From sequence record JAKSYS010000135.1: DNA of 32,000 bases. The stretch is one strand, 5' to 3'. Of this stretch, positions 8,826-17,515 are shown piece after piece (the stretch's first letter is position 1; every line of letters begins with the position of its first letter). The notes beneath the pieces are model-generated. The model searched no databases, was not told the origin of the DNA, and saw only the letters and a list, made by a program, of their open reading frames with translations. Made by a program: the position numbers and the translations under genes.

Positions 8826-9062
8826 TTATTTGTGTAAGAATGTTATATCTAAAATCGTGCTCTGAAATAAATTTTTAGCTCCAGTTAAATTATATTTAGG
8901 TTTTACATATTCTTGATATAGCCAACCGGCAATTGCTTCAGGATAAGTTAAATACCTAGCACTAGTTGTGATATTTCTATAATAACATTCATTTTTAAAT
9001 AATTTATAAAAACTTTCTTCAAAGTTAACGCTAAACAAATAACCTAATAAAAGTGTCCACAT
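8826..9062 (-). CDS. hypothetical protein (orf78)
   Basis: 78-aa ATG-initiated ORF directly upstream of, and overlapping, the open frame of orf170. No recognisable family. Confidence 0.3.
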   Translation of the reverse strand: MWTLLLGYLFSVNFEESFYKLFKNECYYRNITTSARYLTYPEAIAGWLYQEYVKPKYNLTGAKNLFQSTILDITFLHK

Positions 9063-9076
9063 TTTCTTTTAATAAT

Positions 9077-9158
9077 TACCAAAAAAGGGACTTGAACCCT
9101 TACTCTGTAAAGAACTAGAACCTAAACCTAGCATGTCTACCAATTCCATCATTTTGGT
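9077..9158 (-). tRNA. trnL: tRNA-Leu (UAG), long variable arm
   Basis: Acceptor accaaaa/ttttggt. Anticodon stem ctagg/tctag with loop ttTAGgt. T arm aaggg-ttcaagt-ccctt. Confidence 0.8.
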
Positions 9159-9162
9159 TTTT

Positions 9163-9244
9163 TACTCATTATCGGACTTGAACCGATACTCTATATAGAA
9201 TCAAATTTTAAGTCTGACGTGTCTACCAATTCCACCAAATGAGT
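9163..9244 (-). tRNA. trnL: tRNA-Leu (UAA), long variable arm
   Basis: Acceptor actcatt/aatgagt. Anticodon stem tcaga/tttga with loop ctTAAaa. T arm atcgg-ttcaagt-ccgat. Confidence 0.8.
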
Positions 9245-9254
9245 CTAATTTGTA

Positions 9255-9482
9255 ATGCCGCAGTTTGATATACTAACATTAAGTTCTCAAATTTTTAGTT
9301 TATTAATAAGTTTATATTTGTTCTATTATTTTAATATCACGAATACGATCTTATATTACACTGAAATTAAAAAATATAGAACTAAGAAATTAGTGAAAAA
9401 TAATATAACCATTGAAAACACACATACAAGTTTAAGTAATAATTTTTGGTTGCTTAAAAGTAGTTATAAAACGTTTTTGTAG
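9255..9482 (+). CDS. atp8: ATP synthase F0 subunit 8 (ymf19)
   Basis: 75-aa ORF. It starts with the canonical MPQFD, followed by one hydrophobic helix and a basic tail. Confidence 0.8.
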   Translation: MPQFDILTLSSQIFSLLISLYLFYYFNITNTILYYTEIKKYRTKKLVKNNITIENTHTSLSNNFWLLKSSYKTFL

Positions 9483-9495
9483 TTATTACTTTAAA

Positions 9496-9568
9496 GGGGA
9501 TATAACTCAATTGGTAGAGTGTATGCTTTGCAAGCATAAAGTTATCGGTTCAAATCCGATTATCTCCA
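9496..9568 (+). tRNA. trnA: tRNA-Ala (UGC)
   Basis: Acceptor ggggata/tatctcc with the G3:U70 identity pair. Loop ttTGCaa. T arm atcgg-ttcaaat-ccgat. Confidence 0.9.
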
Positions 9569-9578
9569 TTCAATAAAA

Positions 9579-9650
9579 CTCTTCAGGCTGGATTTGAACC
9601 AACGACCTGGTGGTTAACAGCCACACGCTCTACCTCTGAGCTACTGAAGA
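9579..9650 (-). tRNA. trnN: tRNA-Asn (GUU)
   Basis: Acceptor tcttcag/ctgaaga. D stem gctc/gagc. Loop ctGTTaa. T arm gttgg-ttcaaat-ccagc. Confidence 0.8.
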
Positions 9651-9670
9651 ATGTTATTAACACAAGAACT

Positions 9671-10280
9671 TTACCGGCAATATCTTAATAAAAAGTAGAT
9701 ATTAGGGAAAAATGGAAATAAATTAGAGAGACTTTTAAGTTCTATTTTTCCATTAAGAATGATTTCAAAAGTTTTATAATTAATACTTAAATATTTCGGA
9801 GGTAAAGGCCATATGAACGCGATACGTGTATTGGCAATTATCAAAGGTATCACTTTATCATTAATTTCTATTAAATCTCCTTGTTTTAAAGTAAAAGATT
9901 TATTTGTAATTGTATTACCGTTGACTTTAATATGTTTATGTATTATTAATTGTTGAGCATTTCTAACACTCGGTACAAAATGTGATCTATATAAAATAAC
10001 ATCTAATCTTTTTCAATTAAACTTAAAAATGAAAGATTAAGATTTACATATTTGTTCAACATTTTTTTGTTTTGTACTATCAAATTTACCTGTTTTTTCA
10101 AGTAATTTTTAAGAAAATTACCGTAAAAAAACTGGTTCTTTTTATTATGTAATACTGATTTATATCGCCGTTTAAATGGGTTATGAAACTTAGGCAAATA
10201 GTATCTGTCTAAATCGTAAGCCCTAAAATTTTTTTCGAGTATTTCGTTGACGATCTATAAATGCAATTAATTTCTCCCAT
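9671..10280 (-). CDS. rps4: ribosomal protein S4, two frame breaks
   Basis: Three frames together give a full S4.
- From the ATG at 10280: ..IYRSSTKYSKKILGLT
- Second frame: DLDRYYLPKFHNPFKRRYKSVLHNKKNQFFYGNFLKNYLKK...SLIEK
- Third frame (S4 domain): RLDVILYRSHFVPSVRNAQQLIIHKHIKVNGNTITNKSFTLKQGDLIEI

The breaks are at 10211-10213 and in the T5 run 10009-10013. Confidence 0.8.
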
Positions 10281-10338
10281 TTTTTTTTAAATTTTAAATA
10301 ATATAAACGCCTTCGAAATTGTACATTTGTTCTTAATG

Positions 10339-10983
10339 CTATAAATTTTTATACAAGGGTTTATGCCTTCGATTTTTTACTTTATACATTTTTAACTTTT
10401 CGGTATTTAATCCTACGATTCTTTTTAATATTGGCGTTAAGAGTAATGAAAAAAAATTTCTCTTTAATTTCGCAAAATTTGTTAACTCACCAGGTATATG
10501 ATAAAAACTACTTTCAGTCATCTTCATTTCATCTGTTGTTAAAATTACCATAGGGATTTTCCATTTTAATGATTCTTTTTTTAATAAGGGTAAAAGTAAT
10601 TTTGAATTGACTACTACAATTAAATTGAACTCTTTTTTTAGTAAAATTTGATTTTTAGCCAGTTCTAAATACCCATAAGTTCTAAATTTATTTGTAAACA
10701 AATTTCTAGTATGATAAGAGTCAGGTAAGAATGAATGTTTAGTTTTTTTTAATTTATGTTTATATTGATTTTGAATTTTTTGAGGAATACCTATAAAAAG
10801 TATTTTTTTTTTTATTTTGTTGATATAACTAATAATATATAAAGCTTTTTTAAAAAAAATACTGAGTTGATCAATTTTTCTTTTTAAATTAAATTGCTCT
10901 GAATATTTTTGAAGTATTTTTAATTTAATTAATTCAAATTTTAGGAATTTTGAGCTTAAATTATATGATTTTTTTAATTTCAT
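10339..10983 (-). CDS. rps2: ribosomal protein S2
   Basis: 214-aa ORF. KKILFIGIPQK.. and ..LIVVVNS...ESLKWKIPMVILTTD....YHIPG follow the S2 pattern (ILFVGTK ... IP.i...Dtn....IPgN). The ATG overlaps the rpl6 stop by 1 nt. Confidence 0.7.
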   Translation of the reverse strand: MKLKKSYNLSSKFLKFELIKLKILQKYSEQFNLKRKIDQLSIFFKKALYIISYINKIKKKILFIGIPQKIQNQYKHKLKKTKHSFLPDSYHTRNLFTNKFRTYGYLELAKNQILLKKEFNLIVVVNSKLLLPLLKKESLKWKIPMVILTTDEMKMTESSFYHIPGELTNFAKLKRNFFSLLLTPILKRIVGLNTEKLKMYKVKNRRHKPLYKNL

Positions 10984-11555
10984 TAGACTTTTTTTCCTTC
11001 TTTCAACCTAATTTTTTCGTTTTCATATAAAATACCTTTCCCTTTATAAGGCTCTGGAAATTTATATAAACGAATAGTTGCTGCTGCTTGAGTAACAAAA
11101 TAATAAGAAGTACCAAATATATAGATATATATATATTTAAAAGGAGTTACTTTTACTGTATTTGGTATTTTATAAAATATAGAATGGCTAAATCCTAATT
11201 TAAACTGTAAAAGTTGTCCTTCGTATTTAGCAACAGGAAAAACTTTATAACCTACGCCTATAAATCTTATTTTTTTATACAATACTACTGAAATCTCTAA
11301 TATAATCTGTTTTAAATATGCCACAGTAGTTCCACACAATGCTCGCAGTGTTTTTTTTCTATTATCCGAAAGATTTTCACTTTGTATTTTCGTTACGTAT
11401 ATATAATTACTTTTGTCTGTTAAAAAAAGTTTAAGTTTTAATTTTAGAATTTTTCGTCCTAAAGGACCTATTAATACTATGAAGTTTTGTTCTGTATAAT
11501 ATATTGTTTTAATATCTTTAGGTATTTTAACACTAAATTTTTTAGAAAATTTCAT
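10983..11555 (-). CDS. rpl6: ribosomal protein L6
   Basis: 190-aa ORF. GPLGRK, IGVGYKV, LGFSHSI and the C-terminal AAATIRLYKFPEPYKGKGILYENEKIRLKEGKK are L6 signatures. Confidence 0.9.
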   Translation of the reverse strand: MKFSKKFSVKIPKDIKTIYYTEQNFIVLIGPLGRKILKLKLKLFLTDKSNYIYVTKIQSENLSDNRKKTLRALCGTTVAYLKQIILEISVVLYKKIRFIGVGYKVFPVAKYEGQLLQFKLGFSHSIFYKIPNTVKVTPFKYIYIYIFGTSYYFVTQAAATIRLYKFPEPYKGKGILYENEKIRLKEGKKV

Positions 11556-11566
11556 TTTAATCCTGT

Positions 11567-11928
11567 TTATTTTATAATAAGAAAAGGCTCTCCACCAAGT
11601 TTTAACTTTTTACAACTATTTAAAGTCTTTAATCCTTTATGCGTCGATATAACTAAAAATGTTTTACTCGAATCGATTTTCCAAATCTGTTTTAAAGAAT
11701 AATAAACTCTAAAACCTGGTTTTGATATTGGTTTTAGTGTTTGAATGACCGGCTTCTTATTATTGTATTTTAAAAAAATTCTTAATTTAGTAGTATCTTC
11801 ATTTTCTACTTTATAACCTAAAATAAAACCTTCATCCCATAAAACATTTAAAATATATTCGCAAATTTTTTTTTTTTGTGTCACAAAAGCTTTTTTGCTA
11901 ACTGTCCGTTTTGAATATTAGCAAACAT
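11567..11928 (-). CDS. rps8: ribosomal protein S8, one frame break
   Basis: The ATG at 11928 gives MFANIQNGQLAKK. Another frame then continues AFVTQKKKICEYILNVLWDEGFILGYKVE...SKPGFRVYY...ISTHKGLKT...KLGGEPFLII. The break is in the T6 run 11891-11896. Confidence 0.85.
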
Positions 11929-11954
11929 ATTCCATAATAGATTTTTCATATTTG

Positions 11955-12027
11955 TGTCTAAAGACAGATTCGAACTACCGACACAAGGATTTTCAGTCCT
12001 TTGCTCTACCTGCTGAGCTATTTAGAC
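11955..12027 (-). tRNA. trnF: tRNA-Phe (GAA)
   Basis: Acceptor gtctaaa/tttagac. D stem gctc/gagc. Anticodon stem aagga/tcctt with loop ctGAAaa. T arm ggtag-ttcgaat-ctgtc. Confidence 0.85.
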
Positions 12028-12031
12028 TGTT

Positions 12032-12544
12032 TTAAAAACAGGATTTTCCATACAAACCTAGATATATTAAATATAATTTAATTTGTTCAACTCTACTAAA
12101 AGCACTATAAGTCTTCCTCTTTTTTTTTAATTTCAAACTTTTTCTCTTTTTTTTTTTAGAAACAATTCTAATTTTTTTTGATTTTAAATTATAACTAGAG
12201 ATATCTTTTTTTGATATAGAATTAATTATAAATTTTAATTTTATTTCTATGTCCGAAAAAGATATTGTTTTTATTTTTTTTAAAATAATTAAAATCTTTA
12301 ATATTTGCTGTGATTTTATATTCACATATTTTACAAATAAATTGTACTCGAATTGTTCTTGCGCACTTTTATTTACATGAGGTGATCTCAAAATCGTAAA
12401 TACTTTTTTAAACCTTTTATGCTGAAAAACTTTTAAAATTTTATTTAATTTTAACTCTTCAGTCTTGGTTAAAGTTTTGAAAATACGTAAAAAAGATTTT
12501 AAAGAATTATAATTTTTTGATCTTATCGCTATATTTAAATACAT
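12032..12544 (-). CDS. rps10: ribosomal protein S10, with a basic C-terminal extension
   Basis: 170-aa ORF. FTILRSPHVNKSAQEQFEYNLF matches the conserved S10 core (vLRSPhv.Kksr.qfE). Confidence 0.8.
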   Translation of the reverse strand: MYLNIAIRSKNYNSLKSFLRIFKTLTKTEELKLNKILKVFQHKRFKKVFTILRSPHVNKSAQEQFEYNLFVKYVNIKSQQILKILIILKKIKTISFSDIEIKLKFIINSISKKDISSYNLKSKKIRIVSKKKKRKSLKLKKKRKTYSAFSRVEQIKLYLIYLGLYGKSCF

Positions 12545-12565
12545 ACGTCTTTTAAATTACGATAA

Positions 12566-13336
12566 TTAATGTAAATGAACACTATCATTTAGATAGATAC
12601 ACGTTAAAATTGTAAAAACATATGCTTGTATTAATGCGACACAGAGCTCTAAACCCATTAAAATAACTAATAAAAATAGAGGAACTAAATGAATCATTGC
12701 TACTAGATCTTCCAGTAATAACATACTCCAAGCGAAACCTACAATAACTTTTAAAAGAGTGTGACCTGCCATTAAATTAATAAATAATCGAACCCCTAAA
12801 CTTACAGGTTTTGCTATATAAGAAACAAACTCTATTGGAACTAATACTAGTGCTAATGCTATTGTTGAATTTGCTGGAATTATAAGGGATAACATTTTTA
12901 AACTATGCTTTTTAAATCCAATAACATTTATACCAATAAAAATAGAAAAAGAAAGAGTAAAAGTAACAATAATATGGCTTGTAACCGTAAAACTATAAGG
13001 AATTAAACCGATTAGATTATTAAAAATAATAAAAATAAAGATCATAGATATATAAGGAAAATATTTTTCACCTTCAATATTAACATTATCAAACAATAAT
13101 TGAGAAACTACGTCATAAAGAGTTTCTACACAAACTTGCCAACTATTAGGTATTAAAAAAAAAGCTGTTTGATTTGTTATATTTTGTTTTATACTAAAAT
13201 AGTAAACAATACTAATAAAAAAACCTAATGTTAAAATATTAATAACTAAAAAATTGGTAACAGATAAGTCTAGCCCTAAAAAAACTAAAGGTAACAACTT
13301 GATAATTTGAAATTGCTCTAACGGTGTTAATAACAT
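12566..13336 (-). CDS. atp6: ATP synthase F0 subunit a
   Basis: 256-aa intact ORF. SPLEQF-type N-terminus (TPLEQFQI) and the C-terminal LGVRLFINLMAGHTLLKV...ALIQAYVFTILTCIYLND. Confidence 0.9.
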   Translation of the reverse strand: MLLTPLEQFQIIKLLPLVFLGLDLSVTNFLVINILTLGFFISIVYYFSIKQNITNQTAFFLIPNSWQVCVETLYDVVSQLLFDNVNIEGEKYFPYISMIFIFIIFNNLIGLIPYSFTVTSHIIVTFTLSFSIFIGINVIGFKKHSLKMLSLIIPANSTIALALVLVPIEFVSYIAKPVSLGVRLFINLMAGHTLLKVIVGFAWSMLLLEDLVAMIHLVPLFLLVILMGLELCVALIQAYVFTILTCIYLNDSVHLH

Positions 13337-13436
13337 ATAAAAGTATATTTACTTTTTCATTAAAAATTATTATATGTGAATGATAATCTCAAAAACAAAG
13401 TTGTTTTAAGAAGATTACCGTAAAAGTTTTAATTTT

Positions 13437-13777
13437 TTATTGTTTTTGTTTTTTTAGTAGACCAAATTCGAGCAATTTAGTCTCAATAAAACCTACAACA
13501 GGAATCAAAAAAATAAAGAATAAAAAATAATAGGCAGTTGCTAATTGACCAATAAGAATATAAGTATTTTTAATAGGTTTTTGGCCTACCCAAGTTAAAA
13601 TAATAAAATCAGTGACTAATAACCAATAACATATTTTAAAGATAGGTCTGTAATTAGTACTTTTTATTTTTGATGTGTTTGTAAATGGTATAATAAATAA
13701 TACTAACAAAGCCCCTACCATAGCAGATACACCACCTACTTTATCAGGAATTGACCTTAGAATCGCATAAAAGATAG
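13437..13777 (-). CDS. cob: apocytochrome b, exon 2
   Basis: Encodes (P)IFYAILRSIPDKVGGVSAM... through to the stop. It continues ..PEWYFL from exon 1. The boundary is +/-1 nt (see finding). Confidence 0.85.
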
Positions 13778-13855
13778 GGTAAGAAACCAGAACCTTGCTT
13801 TCAATAATAAATAGTATTAAAAGAAGATAAGCAAGGCTACCCAATAACTCCCTCC

Positions 13856-13889
13856 GAACTCAGCGTGCAACTTTCACTGCACTGAGCTC
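13856..13889 (-). other. group II intron domain V
   Basis: gagctcagtgcagtgaaagttgcacgctgagttc is a 34-nt hairpin with the AGC triad, a 2-nt bulge and a GAAA tetraloop. It closely follows the domain V consensus. Confidence 0.9.
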
Positions 13890-13900
13890 TCCACCAAAAT

Positions 13901-16039
13901 CTATCTTGCTTTTCGTAGTGACTTATTTTTATCAAAAGTCCCACTATGTATATCTTTGTGACATTTTATACAGACAGGTACCTGTTTTCTCCCCAATTTC
14001 GACATGATTCTATGAATAGGAGTTTTAGTTTTAATGGTGTTAGACAATTTTTTCACATGATGTATTTCAAGATTATTTGTTGCACCACAGCCTACACAAG
14101 GTCCTTGCATCAAATTTTGAGTTCGTATTACCCACTTAAGAATTTTAAGAGGATCACTTTTAGTCGTAATTTTATAATTTTTAATATTACTTTTAAAGTT
14201 ATCCGGTATTGATAACTTTAACTTTGTCGTTGGCTCTTCAAGATTTTTGCCAAACTTTTTAAAAACTTTTTTACGACTGTCAAGTTTGAGCTTTCTTCCT
14301 AAGGTTATTGCACAAGAATGACGTAATACTAAACCTATAAGCTTATGGAATATGTTAAAATTATTTACATGTGAATAATAATTTAAGTAACCATTAATCA
14401 TCCAGTTATAACGATATAAAATTTCAGCATGGTTATAATTAAGCCAATGCGTTACTGCATTTATTAGCCACTTACCATTTTTTTCTACTAGAATGTTTTC
14501 TTCAATAAGTTGTTCTTTAAGTTTACGATAGGGAGCATCAATGTATATGCTCACATGCGAAACTCTTTTTTTAACATTACCTTTTGCGAAAAACGATTCT
14601 TTTGGTGTTGGTGAATAAATGTCATAACCTAAAAACTGCACTTTTTCTTTACCCGCGTGTTTGATTCTTGTCTTTTCGGGCGATAGTTCTAGATCTAGTT
14701 TTTCTTTTAAAAAGATTTCGATTTCGTCTCGAATTCTTTGTGTATCTTTTTTTGAACCCCAAATACCAAGTAACCAGTCATCAGCATAGCGTACGTAATA
14801 CAGCTTTAGGCCTGTTCTTATTGTTGATTTAATATTCTGGAGCTCTTTATAACCCTTTTTTTTATCAATTCCTCTTTTAGAACGCAACCTAGACTTCACA
14901 CTAATATATTCGGGATTTGGCTCACTAGTTTTTTCAGTATCAAGTTCTTTTTTTAGTTTATCTATATACATATCAAAGCAATGTAAATAAATGTTACTTA
15001 AAATAGGACTAATTATACTACCTTGTGGTATACCAATTGTCGTTTTTTGATACTGATTATCTATCACTACTCCTGCTCTAAGGAACTTCCACAATAAATC
15101 AATAATTTGTTGATCTTTAATCTGCCGATTTATTATTTCCATCAGTTTATTATGGTTAATTGTATCAAAGTAATTTACAATATCTCCTTCTATAAACCAA
15201 CTGACACCTTTCCACTTTCTAATATTTTTGCATGTAGTGTGTGCCCCTCTTTTTGGTCGATATCCATGACTTCGATCACTAAACGTTTTTTCAAAGACTG
15301 CTTCTAATAAATATAACAAAGCATATTGGACTATCCGATCCTCAATTACAGGTATGCCTAAAGGACGCGTCTTTCCATTAGTTTTAGGTATAAAAACCTT
15401 TTTTGTTGGTTTTGGCTTATAGATTTCTTGCTTTAATTTATTCGCTAAATCCATAAAATATTGATCGTTAATTCGCAAGTCATTTAAATTCTTTTCATCT
15501 ACTCCAGGAGTCATAGATGCTGGATTTGACTTAAGTTTTACATAACCTGCTTTTAATACTTGGGGATCACATATAATGCGATATACATCTTTTGATGGGT
15601 TAAGTTGCCCATCCGCAATATCTTTAAGAAGATCAAAACCACTTTTCATAGCTAAGTTCTTTTTATCAGACGATTTTAGCTGTTTTCCTTCACTAGCAAA
15701 ATTTCTAGTTACTATGAAAACTCTGTTACCATAGGAATTGCTTCCCTTAGGCAATCTCAAATTCTTTAACTCACTGCCGCCTAAAAGTTTCATAGAGAAA
15801 ACTTTCGTAAACTTAGCATATTGATTTCTGCCACTATTTGTGGAAAGCATCACAGCAACTCTATTACAAGATCTCTTACCAGTATCTCGCAACGCTGTGA
15901 ACCAAGGTTTATTCCAACCCTTGATGGACGGTACAATTTCCTGCTTCTCAAAACTTAAATATACATATTTACAATAACTCGATACACGTCTTAGACTATG
16001 TTGGATAAGTCCGGGTATACCTTTACCGACATGCTGCAC
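13901..16039 (-). CDS. group II intron-encoded reverse transcriptase / maturase / HNH endonuclease
   Basis: 712-aa open frame.
- RT blocks: TRPLGIPVIEDRIVQ, GYRPKRGAHT, FIEGDIVNYFDTINH, GIPQGSIISPILSNIYL, YVRYADDWLLGI
- Maturase X region
- C-terminal Cys/His HNH motif: CVGCG...LEIHHVKKL...VPVCIKCHKDIH

The true start is probably an internal ATG (MKLLGG.. or MKSGFDLL..). Confidence 0.9.
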   Translation of the reverse strand: MQHVGKGIPGLIQHSLRRVSSYCKYVYLSFEKQEIVPSIKGWNKPWFTALRDTGKRSCNRVAVMLSTNSGRNQYAKFTKVFSMKLLGGSELKNLRLPKGSNSYGNRVFIVTRNFASEGKQLKSSDKKNLAMKSGFDLLKDIADGQLNPSKDVYRIICDPQVLKAGYVKLKSNPASMTPGVDEKNLNDLRINDQYFMDLANKLKQEIYKPKPTKKVFIPKTNGKTRPLGIPVIEDRIVQYALLYLLEAVFEKTFSDRSHGYRPKRGAHTTCKNIRKWKGVSWFIEGDIVNYFDTINHNKLMEIINRQIKDQQIIDLLWKFLRAGVVIDNQYQKTTIGIPQGSIISPILSNIYLHCFDMYIDKLKKELDTEKTSEPNPEYISVKSRLRSKRGIDKKKGYKELQNIKSTIRTGLKLYYVRYADDWLLGIWGSKKDTQRIRDEIEIFLKEKLDLELSPEKTRIKHAGKEKVQFLGYDIYSPTPKESFFAKGNVKKRVSHVSIYIDAPYRKLKEQLIEENILVEKNGKWLINAVTHWLNYNHAEILYRYNWMINGYLNYYSHVNNFNIFHKLIGLVLRHSCAITLGRKLKLDSRKKVFKKFGKNLEEPTTKLKLSIPDNFKSNIKNYKITTKSDPLKILKWVIRTQNLMQGPCVGCGATNNLEIHHVKKLSNTIKTKTPIHRIMSKLGRKQVPVCIKCHKDIHSGTFDKNKSLRKAR

Positions 16040-16164
16040 TCCCCTATTCTTTCGAACTAATGATCTATTACTAGACTCGGATAAGTCGGTTGTTTTAATG
16101 GTTATTAGAGTAAACCATGTTGAACGGCTAATTCAACTAGCAATGAGTAAATTAGATGACGCAC

Positions 16165-17113
16165 GTAAAAAATACCATTCAGGCACTATATGCGCTGGTG
16201 TGTGCATTGGGTCAGCAGGAATATAATTGTCTGGATGACCCAATGTATTGGGGAAAAAGTAAACAAAAACAGCAAAAATGAAGACGAATACAAAAAAAGC
16301 GTATAAATCTTTAACGAAAAAATAAGGATAAAATGAAATTTTATCGCCACCGCTTTCAGCACCCAACGGATTTGTTGAACCATCTTTGTGTAATAAAGCT
16401 AAGTGAATGATTGTTAAACCAGCTATTACAAAAGGTAAAAAAAAATGTATACTAAAAAATCTATTTAAAGTAGCATTATTTACCGTAAATCCTCCCCATA
16501 GCCAATCGACAATAGTTTGTCCTATTACAGGGAGAGCTGTAACTAAACTTGTAATAACAGTAGCGCCCCAAAAACTCATTTGACCCCAGGGTAACACATA
16601 ACCCATAAAAGCTGTCGCCATCATTAAAATAAAGATTAAAACACCACTGCACCATAATAATTGTCTAGGGTGCATGTAAGAACCATAATATAAGCCGCGG
16701 AAAATGTGGCAATACACTACAATAAAAAACATAGATGCACCATTAGCATGAATATAACGAATTAACCAACCATGATTAACATCTCTCATAATATGCTCTA
16801 CACTGCTAAATGCTAAGTCTATATGGGGTGTGTAATGCATTGCTAAAAAAATACCTGATATCATTTGAATAATTAAACATATACCTGCTGATGAACCAAA
16901 ACTCCAAGCATAAGTTAAATTTATGGGAGTCGGATAGTGAATAATATGATTGTCTAAAAAAGCTAGTATAAAATTTTTACACCATCGAAAGGTTTGTAAA
17001 AAAGAAATACCAAGACTGTATAAATTTAGAAAAATATTTGGAGCAGAGACTTTTGTAAATTTACTATAAATATTTGAATGTATTGTCACAAAGTAATCTT
17101 GGAATTGAACCAA
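16165..17113 (-). CDS. cob: apocytochrome b, exon 1; start codon unclear
   Basis: [40 protein letters not shown] and ..HIVPEWYFL are present. There is no in-frame ATG upstream of the conserved core, so the start is TTG, ATT, ATA or unknown. Confidence 0.9.
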
Positions 17114-17166
17114 GAAATCTAAATATTATTTGCAAGAAATAGCCTTTTACTTCTAAACTTCAAAAG

Positions 17167-17514
17167 TTAATTTTTAATTTTACGTGCCGTTCTTCCATTT
17201 GTATGCGTTCTTTGTCCTCTTACAGGTAAACCTTTAATTTTTCTGAGTCCTCTGTAAGATTTTATAAAAACTAAATTTTTTATGATTAAGTTTTTTGCCT
17301 TTTTTAAATCACTAGTAATTAATATTTCTGAATTTTCTACCAAAATTAATAGTTTTTTAATCTGCTCTTCAGACAGATTCTTAACTTTTAAATTTTCTGA
17401 AAACCCAAGGGTTTTACATATATTAAAGGCACGACTTTTACCTATACCATATATTTTTTAAAGCAAAAAAATTGATTTATTTTCGTGTAAGTTAGTTTCT
17501 AATAAGTAAACCAT
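17167..17514 (-). CDS. rps13: ribosomal protein S13, with an in-frame TAA at codon 19
   Basis: MVYLLETNLHENKSIFLL*KIYGIGKSRAFNICKTLGF...YRGLRKIKGLPVRGQRTHTNGRTARK. The KIYGIGKSRA and GLPVRGQRT.TN motifs are S13 signatures. Confidence 0.8.
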
Positions 17515-17515
17515 T

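Larger units (their letters stand above)
13778..16164 (-). mobile_element. group II intron in cob
   Basis: The 5' end GUGCG lies directly after ..tgg tat ttt tta c. A canonical domain V sits 3' of the ORF. An RT-maturase ORF lies in the domain IV position. The 3' end is near ..ggtttcttac(c). Confidence 0.9.

Noticed and set aside
11487-11702. 71-aa ORF antisense to the rpl6/rps8 junction
   Set aside because: It is opposite two recognisable ribosomal protein genes and has no motif.
13946-15307. ORFs 13946-14212 and 15107-15307, antisense to the intron RT ORF
   Set aside because: They lie inside the conserved RT/maturase reading frame on the other strand.
16186-16383. 65-aa alternative-frame ORF within cob exon 1
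   Set aside because: It is on the same strand as cob, which is clearly in the other frame.
17095-17165. tRNA-like T-arm (cttgg-ttcaatt-ccaag) between cob and rps13
   Set aside because: I could not build a proper cloverleaf. The candidate anticodon stem (tattt/aaata) encloses only a 5-nt loop, the D arm is missing and the acceptor pairs imperfectly. It also overlaps the cob 5' open frame. At best it is a degenerate tRNA remnant.
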